DNA of 22,538 nucleotides from a virus (Duplodnaviria; Heunggongvirae; Uroviricota; Caudoviricetes): IMG/VR virus record IMGVR_UViG_2667527827_000002; one strand, 5' to 3'. Shown piece by piece: positions 1 to 9,537 of this stretch (position 1 is its first letter; each line of letters starts with the position of its first letter). The notes under the pieces were generated by a model. It saw only the letters and a program-made list of their open reading frames with translations, ran no database searches and was not told where the DNA came from. The position numbers and the translations under genes were made by a program.

Positions 1-861
1 TTATTCTCGCGAAATACCATCCAACGTAGACAACACTTCCTCAGAAAGTTGCAATTTTTCAGCAGCCATATTCTCCCGTAAATGCGCAATCGAAGACGTC
101 CCTGGGATCAGCAAAATATTCGGTGAACGCTGTAACAGCCACGCCAGCGCCACCTGCATTGGTGTTGCACCCAGGCTCGCAGCAACATCGGAAAGTGTGG
201 ACGATTGCAGCGGTGTAAAGCCCCCGAGCGGGAAGAACGGCACGTAGGCAATGCCATCGTGGGCCAAAGCATCAATCATTGCATCATCAGCACGGTGCGC
301 GATGTTGTATTCGTTTTGCACACAGACAATTTCGGCAATCTTGCGCGCCTCTGCAACCTGCGTCGGTGTGACGTTGCTCAGGCCAATATGTTTTACCAGG
401 CCTTGTTGTTGCATCTCTGCCAGCACGGTCAGGCTGGCCTCAATCGATCCTTCCGCTGGGCCATGACCATCCCCCATCATAACGCGCAGGTTAACCACAT
501 CCAGCACGTCCAGCCCGAGATTACGTAGATTATCGTGCACCGCTTTTTGCAGCTCTGCAGGAGAAAATGCGGGCAACCAGGATGCGTCCTCTCCACGCCG
601 CGCACCAATTTTAGTGACAATTGTCAGGTCGTCAGAGTAAGGATAAAGCGCTTCGCGGATAATCTGATTGGTGACGTGCGGACCATAAAAGTCGCTGGTA
701 TCAATATGATTGACGCCCAATGCCAGCGCCTCACGCAGCACGGTTATAGCGACGTGGCGATCTCGTGGGGGGCCAAAAACTCCAGGACCTGCCAGTTGCA
801 TCGCGCCATAACCAAGACGGTTAACGGATTTTGTACCGAGAGTAAATGTATTGCTGCTCAT
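1..861 (-). CDS. ydbC: NAD(P)-dependent aldo-keto reductase, YdbC-like, complete
   Basis: 286-aa ORF with ATG at 859-861 and TAA at 1-3. Sequence has aldo-keto reductase character and matches my recollection of E. coli YdbC in length and in its position next to a ydbA-like autotransporter. Typical chromosomal composition. Confidence 0.8.
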   Translation of the reverse strand: MSSNTFTLGTKSVNRLGYGAMQLAGPGVFGPPRDRHVAITVLREALALGVNHIDTSDFYGPHVTNQIIREALYPYSDDLTIVTKIGARRGEDASWLPAFSPAELQKAVHDNLRNLGLDVLDVVNLRVMMGDGHGPAEGSIEASLTVLAEMQQQGLVKHIGLSNVTPTQVAEARKIAEIVCVQNEYNIAHRADDAMIDALAHDGIAYVPFFPLGGFTPLQSSTLSDVAASLGATPMQVALAWLLQRSPNILLIPGTSSIAHLRENMAAEKLQLSEEVLSTLDGISRE

Positions 862-1011
862 CGCACCCTGCCCTGTAATAAAACGGATTAAGAAAAATCA
901 GTATAGAAACGAAAAGAGATAAATAATGCGAAGGTGTAAACAAGATTACTGGATGAGTTGCTCTATTGTCCTGAAAGACACAAAACAAAACGCGTCACGT
1001 ACCACATCCGG

Positions 1012-1047
1012 CAATAAAAAAACCGCAACCTGTATCAGCGTTGCGGT
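1012..1047 (-). terminator. Rho-independent terminator downstream of the autotransporter gene
   Basis: GC-rich inverted repeat ccgcaac / gttgcgg (1023-1029 / 1040-1046) flanked by an A-run at 1014-1022 on the plus strand, which is a U-tract for minus-strand transcripts. Lies directly after the autotransporter stop at 1069. Confidence 0.6.
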
Positions 1048-1068
1048 TTAGGGATCACATGCTAAAAA

Positions 1069-4000
1069 TTAGAACGTTTTCTTAAAGTTCAGCATCACGC
1101 CTTTATCGCTGATGCCATCCTCTTTCCAGTTGTACGCATCCAGATTCAGCGAACTTTCTTTGCTGCTGTACTTCACGCCGACGCTTGTCAGGCTATTGAT
1201 GCCGCCGCCCTTCTGACCGTCATCGACGTTAAAGTGCTGACTGCCTGCGCCTGCCAGGCTTGCCGTACGCTGGCTCTTCGCGTAGCTCAGGTTCGGCCCG
1301 CCTTCCAGCGTAGCGCTAGCGCTCCAGCCGTCTTTACCTGCGTAGTCCAGTTTCAGCCCGACGATGCTGTCCACCGCCGTTTCGCTGCCACTGTTCATAT
1401 TCAGGTTAAAGTCTCCGGCATTGCGCTCCTGATAGCCACCTTCCAGTGTGTGACGCAGTTTTACACCCGCATATGGCGTAACCTTCAGTCCTTCGCTCGG
1501 TTCGAAAGTCTTCGCCCCTTCGCTGCGGAACTCCAGGTACTGCTGTTTCACGTCGGTATCAGCCGTTTTGTTCGTGTTGCCAAATGCAATCGAGCGGCTG
1601 CTGTCAAGGTTGTGAACGTCGTAACGCAAGGCGTTATTCCAGTTCATGCCGTTATCGAACGACATCTGATGTTTCAGGCCAAAAAACTGGCTATAACCGC
1701 CTGTAACGCCATTATCACCCGCTTTCTGCGCACCATCACCATCGAGACGAGCGATACCGTACTCCAGACTCATCGTCTGGCTTTCGCTCAGGTCGATAGT
1801 TTTACGCAATGCCAGCATGTCGTATTCGGTATTATTACCTAACTCGGCACGCGGATCGCCTTTCGCGACAACGTTGAACGCCAGACCGTTACCCACTTTC
1901 GGCGCGGCATCTGCCAGCATACTAAAGCGGTTGCTTAACACGCGCGCTTCGCGGAATACCGTGGTCGCCTGGCTACCGCTGACCTGTTTCAGAGCACTGT
2001 TCAGTTCAGCAGTCGTGCCGACGTTCAGGCTGGTAAACAGTTCGTTGTTGGTGTAACCCGCATCCAGTGCTTTCGCGATGTCATTCACCGAGGCATCTGT
2101 TGCCACATCGGTGTAGGCATTTTTGCTCATGGTGACGTCAACGTTACCGCTGGCATCGGTGCTGCCTTTGGCAGTCCATACCACGGACGTTGAGGTGATG
2201 GCGTCAGCGTCGGTCAGGTTGCTACCTTCCACTACGTTATCAAAACTCACAGTGGTGTCTGCCGTACCAGCGGTAAAGCCCGTGTTAATCTCCACGCCGT
2301 TCATGCTGGCATTGTTAACCTTCAGCTTCCCGGCGCTGCCGTTAACGTTGGTACCGACGACATAGCCGTTGAGGTTGTTCATGCTGCCACCAGCCTCATC
2401 ACTTCCCGACGTTACACTAACCGTATTGGGCTTCGGCACATCCGGCAACGTATAGTCGCCATAATGCACTTCGCTGCTATTACCGTTGTTACCGTTCATA
2501 CCTTCAACATTGATGCTGTCGCCCTGCTTGATCAGTCCAGAACCCGTAACCCCATCGGCAATCACCACCGTGCCGTTGTTAACCACATGACCTACTGTAC
2601 CCAGTACGCTAAATGCAAACGAGTCATTGGCGAAGATATTGATGGTGCCGTTGTTTTCGATTACCGCATCCGCCGTGGCGTTGGCATCGAGTTGCATACC
2701 GATCATACCCGTGTCAGTAGTGCCTGCGGTACCGAGGTTGATGGTGCCATTGTTAACCAGCTGCGCGTTCTTATCACCTTCCATAGCCACAGCACCGGTG
2801 CCGCTGATGTTCATGATGCCGTCATTCTGGGCAATAAAGTTGCTGTGGGTGACTTTCACGGCACTGGCGCTGTCGTGATCGAAGTTGATGACCCCGTTAT
2901 CCTGGTTCCAGAAGAAGGCATTCTGATCGCCGGCATTATTAGCGCTGACTACCAGTGACTTCGCAGAAACATCAATCGTTCCGTCATTGATAAAACGACC
3001 ATTTCCGCCCCACATATTAACGGCTCCGTTGTGGGAAGAATTACTGATGTTCATGTGACCGGTATTATAAAGCGTACCGGACTGGTTGATGTGCACAGCA
3101 TTCTTGTCGTTATCAAGAATAAACTCGCCGCGGTTATTGAAAGCTGAATTATTATTAACTTCCAGCATCCCGGTGTTGTTACCCTCACTACTACTTCCGA
3201 GGTTCCAGGTTCCTTCGTTATTTGCCACTGCAGTACCTGTCAGCGCAGCACCTCTCATAATCGCCCCGTCAGTTTGATTATTAAAGACCCCGCCAGCCGA
3301 CATCATCCGCCCTGTTACACTGCCACTATTATTGAATACCCCCGCGTTCTGCACGATTTTATTGATGGTTCCGGTGTTGTTCACTAACGAACTATCAGCA
3401 CCAGCATTCATGGTAATTTGCGCAGTCATTTCTCCGGCATTATTGAGGATTCCACCGCTAACATCGACGTTATTCGTCATCACCCCGGCATTTTTAATGA
3501 CGGCACCCTTGTCAAGTTTTACTAAGTTATTGATGATGCCACCGCTGGTATTTTCCAGAAGACCGCTTGATACCGTAATTTGATCACCGGAAAGCGTTCC
3601 GCTATTAACAACATTCCCAGCCAGCTTATCAGTCACAGCAGCAGATTTATTTAGCGTTACAGTTTCTCCGCTTCGTGTAATCGTATCGCCACCGGTATAG
3701 ATCAGTGAGGTGAAATCATCTGTATTATTGTACTCATTCCCCGATTGGCACACGCCGAAAGTGCAGATTGTACCATAGTTAACAATTGTTCCTGTGCCAT
3801 CGTTATAAAACGCCTGACCAGTACCAACATTGATATTGATAACACCCGTCTGGTCGTTGATAGCAGTACCATGCTCATAAACAGCCATCCCTACCAGAGT
3901 ATTTGCTGCCAGACTATCGTCATAATTACCATTTTTTTCGAGGTTAATCGTCCCCTGGTTAATAACTGTATTGCTGGCGCCATAGGCCGCCATACCTGCG

Positions 4001-5714
4001 CCGGCGTTATAAATAGTTATAACACCGCCCAATTGGTTAATTGCTGTTGCATTTTTCCCTGCACCACTATAACTATCAGTACCAACTCCCACACCTGTAC
4101 CGAAGTCAATGGCGCTGTTGCTAGCTATATCTCGCATTGCGGTAGTGTCATTTGCATGTACCCACATAGAATCCAGTGTAATTTTACCCTGATTTTCTGC
4201 TGTTGAATCTGCTATAGCAAGCATGCCGACACTACCACGACCATACAAATCAATGATGCCGCTGTCAGTATTGATAATTGTGCTATTCGATTGAGCGACT
4301 AACCCTGTTATGCTACTGACATCGTTATTAAAAATAAATGAATTCGATGTGCCCGTTGAATACTTGTTAAATACGCTATGTTGTTCCGTCACTTTACCTG
4401 TGATCGTACCTGCATTAGTGGCGCTCCCTCCGTTAGTAGCCAGTAAAACAATGGGAGACGGTGCCGGATCTTTACCATTTTGTAATAACGAGATCGTGCC
4501 ACTATTTATACCTGTTGTATTTTCACCAGTAACAAAAGCAAAACCTAAATTCTGAATTTCAACAGTACCTTTATTAACAATTTTCGCACCGGAATCAGCA
4601 TAAGTAAGTTCTGGGGTTCTTGTCCCATGATGTTCAAAACTGTCAATATCCTGCATTGTTAGCGTAGCGCCACTGCCAATTTCCAGCAAAGCTTTATCCT
4701 GTACCCGAATAACCCCGGCAAACCCCAGAGGGAATTCTCCGCTGATTGTCGTATCTCCATTCAGATATACCGACGACTCACCACTAACGACAATAACGCT
4801 GGTATAACTATATCCTGTGCGCAAGGAAGCAACCTGCGACCCATCTGCAAGCGCGTTTTTCTCTCCAATCAGTTCAAGTCCACCATTCATATTAACGGTA
4901 TTGCCATCGCCAATCACAACCAGACCTGACGTTTTCTCTGCGCTGCCATCAAATAAATTACTCTGACGAGAAGTAACCTCACTGTCTGATACAACAGTTA
5001 ACTTTCCATCCAGCGTCACGTTATTATCACTGCCGTAAACGTTGATACCCACGGATGGATCGAAGAAATATTCCGCCGCATTGTCTGCGGTTTTATCCTT
5101 ATCAACCAGAACGTTACCAGTGATATTCACTGTATTCGCATCGCCAGAAACGTTTATGCCCGTCGCTTTCTGCCCGACCACTTTTAGATCTTTTGCCGCC
5201 AGCGTCACGCTGTTATTGTTGCCATTAAGATCTACCCCGGTCGAGAAATCGCCAACCTGCATACTGCCTGCCAGCGAAACCTTCCCACTGTTGGTTGTGA
5301 TGCTGAACCCTGTCGCTTCATTGCTAACGTTAACATCACCCGTATTGGATACTGTTGCCCCCTCACCGTTGATGAGCACGCCAATCGATCCAGTATCGGA
5401 AACAACAATATCTCCTTTGTTGTTAACCGTGCCGTTGTCACCAATGTTCTCAACACCATGCGCACCGCCTGTAACAGTCAGGCTACCATCCAGATTTACA
5501 ATGCCGATATTGCCCGCGATTTTGGTACCCGTGGAATCTTTTCCATCAACAGTGGTTTTTCCACTGTTATTCGCGGTGGCGTCGTTACCGTTGATCTGAG
5601 TGCCGGTGCCGCCATTGGTGATAGTGCTCTCGCCTTCGTTATTGACGATGGCCTGGTCGCCGTCAACCTGGATACCGATGGACTCCGGATCGGTGACGGT
5701 CATGGTGCCCTTGT
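1069..5714 (-). CDS. Autotransporter adhesin (YdbA-like), 5'-truncated by the N gap; C-terminal beta-barrel translocator domain present
   Basis: Open minus-strand frame from the gap to the stop at 1069-1071 (1,544 aa listed in the ORF track, plus 4 more codons up to the N run). Gly/Asn/Thr/Val-rich repetitive passenger typical of beta-helical autotransporters. The C-terminus ends in an aromatic residue (…LNFKKTF), typical of outer-membrane beta-barrels. The true start is upstream of the gap, so the internal M at 5703 is not the start. Confidence 0.85.
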
Positions 5715-5724
5715 NNNNNNNNNN
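5715..5724. other. Run of 10 N: assembly or scaffold gap (or masked join)
   Basis: Ten consecutive n characters. The autotransporter reading frame runs directly into it and the sequence on the other side is prophage late-region DNA. Confidence 0.95.
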
Positions 5725-5775
5725 TGCGGGTGCTGTGTAATGGAAATAAAAAGGCCACCTGACGTGGACACCAGA

Positions 5776-6828
5776 TTATTTCCCCACCAGCTCGTTTATC
5801 TCTTTCACTGTCTGGTTAAACCGCTCTGACTCAAGCTCAACACCTAAGGCCCGACGCCCCAGCGCCATTGCTGCTTTTATTGTGGAACCGGATCCCATAA
5901 AAAAATCAGCAACCAGATCACCAGGTCGACTACTGGCATTGATTATTTGCCTGAGCATATCCGCCGGTTTCTCACACGGATGTTTACCCGGGTAGAACTG
6001 AACGGGTTTATGCATCCAGACATCGGTATAAGGCACGGAGACTGATACGGAGAAATAGCGCCGGAGAGATTTAAACTCATCCAGCAATTCAGAATATTTG
6101 CGATTCAGTGAATCATAAGATGCCACCAGCTGGTGGTGTGGTTGTTCCAGTTGTTGTTCCTGAAACTTCTCTGCCGCTATACGGGAAAACAGTGCCTGTA
6201 ACTTCCGATAGTCAGCCTCATTCGGCAACTGCCACTGACTGGCACCAAACCAGTGGGAAACCATATTTTTCTTACCTGTGGCTTCGGCAATTTGTTTTGC
6301 CGTTATACCCAGTTCGGCACGAGCATCCCTGAAATACGATATCAGCGGTGCCATTATGTGCTGTTTGAGTTCCCTTTCTTTTGCCGCATAGCCGTCACTT
6401 TTGCCGCGATATGGCCCCTGGTAATGTTCAGCAAACAGAACGCGCTCTGTGGCAGGAAAATATGCGCGCAGACTTTCTTTATTACACCCATTCCAACGTC
6501 CGGACGGCTTCGCCCAGATGATATGGTTAAGCACGTTGAAACGTTCACGCATCATGATCTCAATATCAGATGCCAGGCGATGCCCACAGAACAGGTAAAG
6601 GCTTCCGGCAGGTTTTAACACCCGCCAGAACTGGGCCAGACAGTGGTCCAGCCACTTAAGGTAATCTTCGTCCCCTTTCCACTGATTGTCCCAGCCGTTG
6701 GGTTTCACCTTGAAGTACGGCGGATCGGTAACAATCAGGTCAATGGAATCATCAGGCAGGGACTGAATAAAATGCAGGCAATCAGCGTTGATTAAATCAG
6801 CACTGTTTATTTTTACAGTATTTTTCAT
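5776..6828 (-). CDS. DNA methyltransferase, beta-class N6-adenine/N4-cytosine type (PF01555-like)
   Basis: 350-aa ORF. Catalytic motif IV DPPY (…DLIVTDPPYF…) lies near the N-terminus and the AdoMet-binding motif I FxGxG (…DFFMGSGSTI…) near the C-terminus, the order typical of beta-class amino-methyltransferases. ATG at 6826-6828, TAA at 5776-5778. Confidence 0.85.
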   Translation of the reverse strand: MKNTVKINSADLINADCLHFIQSLPDDSIDLIVTDPPYFKVKPNGWDNQWKGDEDYLKWLDHCLAQFWRVLKPAGSLYLFCGHRLASDIEIMMRERFNVLNHIIWAKPSGRWNGCNKESLRAYFPATERVLFAEHYQGPYRGKSDGYAAKERELKQHIMAPLISYFRDARAELGITAKQIAEATGKKNMVSHWFGASQWQLPNEADYRKLQALFSRIAAEKFQEQQLEQPHHQLVASYDSLNRKYSELLDEFKSLRRYFSVSVSVPYTDVWMHKPVQFYPGKHPCEKPADMLRQIINASSRPGDLVADFFMGSGSTIKAAMALGRRALGVELESERFNQTVKEINELVGK

Positions 6829-6978
6829 GGATCAGTAAGCGTAACTCTGGTAGGCTCACTCTGCTTTTGCGCTAAAGCAGTGGGCCGTGGTTCGCTTGTG
6901 ACCAGTAAGCATGAGCGAATGGCTGGCAGGTGCTACCAACACCCACCAGCCGCCCATTTTCACAGCAGGAAACCGCCA

Positions 6979-7182
6979 TTACTGGCAGCGTCTGAATTTA
7001 TTCCCGTACCCGCCGTTATCCTTCGCCAGACCCGCCAGAACTAACTGAGTCAGTATTAACTGGCACCGGGCTTCGCTTACTCCGGTAGTTCTCGTCATCA
7101 TGCGTGGCGTTACCCACTTGTCAGCAGGTAAGAAATGAAGGACTGCGGCGGCGGTTTCTGTCATATCTTGCTGTTTTAGCAT
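6979..7182 (-). CDS. Small putative winged-helix DNA-binding protein (FaeA/PapI-like or MarR-like), about 67 aa
   Basis: ORF 6979-7206. An internal ATG at 7180-7182 is preceded by AAGGGA about 9 nt upstream, so this is the probable start (alternative start 7206). Helix-turn-wing-like segment …TPRMMTRTTGVSEARCQLILTQLVLAGLA… The family assignment is a guess. Confidence 0.45.
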   Translation of the reverse strand: MLKQQDMTETAAAVLHFLPADKWVTPRMMTRTTGVSEARCQLILTQLVLAGLAKDNGGYGNKFRRCQ

Positions 7183-7303
7183 GTCTTTTTCCCTTCTGGT
7201 TAACATGACATACCAATAACTCTTGTCTAAAAATCCAGCAAGATAAAAAGTCAGTATTCACGACCACCAGCGTGTTTACTGTACTGCACCAAGTTTACAG
7301 GTA

Positions 7304-7329
7304 CAAAAAACCCGCTCAGTGGCGGGTTT
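7304..7329 (-). terminator. Strong Rho-independent terminator after the Q-proximal cargo gene (tR'-like position); partly bidirectional
   Basis: Stem aaacccgc (7308-7315) / gcgggttt (7322-7329) with loop tcagtg. Plus-strand A-run 7304-7310 gives a U6 tract on the minus strand. Sits about 130 nt after the stop of the 205-aa gene. Confidence 0.65.
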
Positions 7330-7458
7330 AAGTTGTGTGGCGAAGTAACCACTCTTAACACACTAATAGCATTTTTGTTATAACACAAGTAGCTCATTCA
7401 GTATTTTTAGAATCTTGACTTTCTTAAGCACGGCGAACTCTGAATACCAAACATAAAA

Positions 7459-8076
7459 TCAATTATCTTCCAGGCCGGATGCTATCAACGAAAGCCTCTC
7501 AAAAAACGCTGTAGCAGCCTTGTCCAAAGTTGAATAAGTACTGTATTCTCCGTGTTCGGGACCAACCACTACCCATGGTCGTCTTTTTGGGATTCGGGAC
7601 TTCTCAGAAATCACTGTTCCAGATATACCAATATCAATTGTTACACCTGTTATTATTTTCTCTTCATCTCTTTCCCTGAACTCAATTGCCATAAATGCCG
7701 TTTTTTTTCGTTTCCCGTTTTTAAAAAAATCAAATAAAGCAAAGCGATGCTCATTAAAATCAACACCCCATCGTCCTTCAGGATAAAGGGCATGAAAGTT
7801 GTCATTTACGCTCTGCATCGTCTCATAAGCTTTAACTTCTAAATCTCCATAGTGCATAGATACCGCGCAGGAGTCACTGGGTAACTGTATTTTCCCAAGA
7901 TTGAAAACCTTTACTGCTCCAGAACTATGGCATCTTGCCCGCAATTTATCCCCATTTATACTAATCGGAGAAATATTCCTTAATGTTCCGGGCTGGCTCC
8001 CTCCTAAGTAAACGACTGTTAAAGATTGCTTATTTTCAATTGCATCAACTAATACATGCTCTACATTTTTATCCAT
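7459..8076 (-). CDS. Hypothetical protein, AT-rich cargo (moron) gene immediately downstream of the Q antiterminator
   Basis: ORF 7459-8103. An internal ATG at 8074-8076 is preceded by GGGAGG with 5-nt spacing, giving about 205 aa beginning MDKNVEHVLVD. Visibly AT-richer than flanking phage genes. No domain recognised with confidence; a weak DxExK-like segment (…YGDLEVK…) and a WYL-like N-terminal pattern are noted but unverifiable. Confidence 0.7.
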   Translation of the reverse strand: MDKNVEHVLVDAIENKQSLTVVYLGGSQPGTLRNISPISINGDKLRARCHSSGAVKVFNLGKIQLPSDSCAVSMHYGDLEVKAYETMQSVNDNFHALYPEGRWGVDFNEHRFALFDFFKNGKRKKTAFMAIEFRERDEEKIITGVTIDIGISGTVISEKSRIPKRRPWVVVGPEHGEYSTYSTLDKAATAFFERLSLIASGLEDN

Positions 8077-8151
8077 AATAACCTCCCGATGAACAGGTAT
8101 CATCAGGAGGTTATAATAAAATATGATTATTTACTTTGATTGAATTTATTA
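8077..8151 (-). promoter_or_regulatory. Putative late promoter / Q-utilisation region (PR'-like) between the Q gene and the cargo gene
   Basis: 75-bp AT-rich intergenic region directly downstream of the Q-like gene. On the minus strand it contains TTCAAT…TTTATT/TATAAC promoter-like hexamers. The position is analogous to lambda PR'/qut. No exact motif call is possible by eye. Confidence 0.3.
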
Positions 8152-8523
8152 CTATATGTAACAATCAATTTCTAAAGATACCCCCAACATTGCCAGACAA
8201 CCGTCAATAAACCCTTCAGCTTTCTGCAGTCTGATAACAACCTGATTAAGTGATATCCCCAGTTTTACCCCCAACGCCCGTAATGTAACCCCATACACAT
8301 AATACATTTCCAGTAATTCGTATTGATACGGTTCCTTTTTCTTAAGAACTGTCATTGCAGAGCTAATGATCAGGCCATCGTCATCGCTACATTGCGGGCG
8401 GGATTTTACTTTCGAAGGAATTAATCCCTTAAAACCTGCAGCAACAGATGACCATTCCACATCCTCGTGATTATTTGCCACCCATGCCCCCCAACGTTCA
8501 AGAACCATTTGAATATCACGCAT
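8152..8523 (-). CDS. Late-gene antiterminator Q-like protein (small QuuD/phage-82-type family)
   Basis: 123 aa from ATG 8521-8523 (GGAG 7 nt upstream) to TAG 8152-8154. Sequence (MRDIQMVLERWGAW…QCSDDDG…YVYGVTLRALGVKLGISLNQVVIRLQKAEGFIDG) resembles small prophage Q antiterminators as I recall them. Last gene of the early-right operon. Confidence 0.7.
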   Translation of the reverse strand: MRDIQMVLERWGAWVANNHEDVEWSSVAAGFKGLIPSKVKSRPQCSDDDGLIISSAMTVLKKKEPYQYELLEMYYVYGVTLRALGVKLGISLNQVVIRLQKAEGFIDGCLAMLGVSLEIDCYI

Positions 8524-8540
8524 CAACTTTCTCCACAAAA

Positions 8541-9536
8541 TCAGGCCAGCACGCCTATTGCCAGCGCACGATCGATAAAACGAAATATCAGCTCCAGCTG
8601 GGAGCCATACTTCTCTTCAAATGCCACGGTATCCGCATGCAGCTCGTCGTGATGCTTTCTGCACAAAGGCAACACAAAGAGGTCATGCGCTTTTGTACCC
8701 ATTCCACCCTGACCGTGGCCTATCAGGTGGTGGGGATCATCAGCAGGCTTTCCACAACATGCACACGGCTGTGTCTTAACCCAGCGCGTGTACTTTTCAT
8801 TAACCCAGCGGCGGCGTTTTGGGCGTAACATAAAAGACTCCGGCGACTCCGGATCCACTTTCAGCGCCAGCACCTTTTTCGCTTTATCCTGGATGATGCT
8901 GGTGGCAGGAACCGAAGGCACAAGGTCACTCTCCCGGGTGACAGACGGCACAACAGGTTTCGGTAATCTCAGCGCCTTACGGGCTGCGCTTTCAGGTAAG
9001 GCATCCGCCAGGTCATTACGAATCAGCCACCAGCACAGTTCCGGCATTGTCACGGCATGGTTATCATCAAAACCGAGATCCCGACGGACTACAGACAACA
9101 CCCAGCGGGCACAGTTATCCGTTGCCATTGATTCCAGCCGTTCCGTGAACTGATCGCGCAGCTGGTTATCGCAGTGCCAGCACAGACGGATTGCGCCCGG
9201 AGCGTGTCGCATTGTGGTCATGTTCTCGCTGTGCCAGTCGGAATGAGGCCACTGGCAGCCTTTTTCACGAAGTAACCAGCTTTCAAGACATTCCACGCCA
9301 CCAGCACGACGGATCACTGCCTCATTGCGGAACACGGCCCGAACGGCAGGATCATCCGCCAGCGGTTGTGATACCGCCGGAACGGCACCACTGGCGAAAG
9401 ATGAATAACGTTCCGGCTCAGGCTCCAGCAGGACACGCCCCTGCATAAACAGGGGCATCAGCTCTGAACCTGGCCTGAACAATACGATCCCCATACGCGG
9501 GGCAATTTCAGGGGTCAGTAGTGCTCTCACGGTCAC
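8541..9536 (-). CDS. DUF968-like phage protein with C-terminal HNH/zinc-finger-like motif
   Basis: 331-aa ORF with a GTG start at 9534-9536 immediately after the KilA-N stop (alternative ATG at 9492-9494). C-terminal …CACCGKPADDPHHLIGHGQGGMGTKAHDLFVLPLCRKHHDELH… is typical of nin-region DUF968/HNH-like proteins. Confidence 0.7.
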   Translation of the reverse strand: MTVRALLTPEIAPRMGIVLFRPGSELMPLFMQGRVLLEPEPERYSSFASGAVPAVSQPLADDPAVRAVFRNEAVIRRAGGVECLESWLLREKGCQWPHSDWHSENMTTMRHAPGAIRLCWHCDNQLRDQFTERLESMATDNCARWVLSVVRRDLGFDDNHAVTMPELCWWLIRNDLADALPESAARKALRLPKPVVPSVTRESDLVPSVPATSIIQDKAKKVLALKVDPESPESFMLRPKRRRWVNEKYTRWVKTQPCACCGKPADDPHHLIGHGQGGMGTKAHDLFVLPLCRKHHDELHADTVAFEEKYGSQLELIFRFIDRALAIGVLA

Positions 9537-9537
9537 C

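Noticed and set aside
205-891. Plus-strand ORFs (107, 71, 118 aa) overlapping the ydbC-like gene
   Set aside because: They are antisense to a well-supported reductase CDS, have no SD and have odd composition (Cys/Arg-rich), so they are shadow ORFs.
1234-5599. Numerous plus-strand ORFs (60-200 aa) inside the autotransporter gene
   Set aside because: Antisense frames of a repetitive, GC-biased passenger domain. Translations are low-complexity (Pro/Leu/Val/Thr runs) and lack start contexts.
5741-5775. Short hairpin (ccac-gtcag-gtgg) plus T-run after the methyltransferase stop as a terminator
   Set aside because: The stem is only 4-5 bp and the site abuts the N gap, so it is too weak and context-poor to call.
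8105-8142. Plus-strand AGGAGG followed by a 6-codon mini-ORF between Q and the cargo gene
   Set aside because: SD-to-ATG spacing is about 12 nt and the ORF is only 6 codons. It is probably the complement of the anti-SD-like sequence near the cargo gene's upstream ATG.
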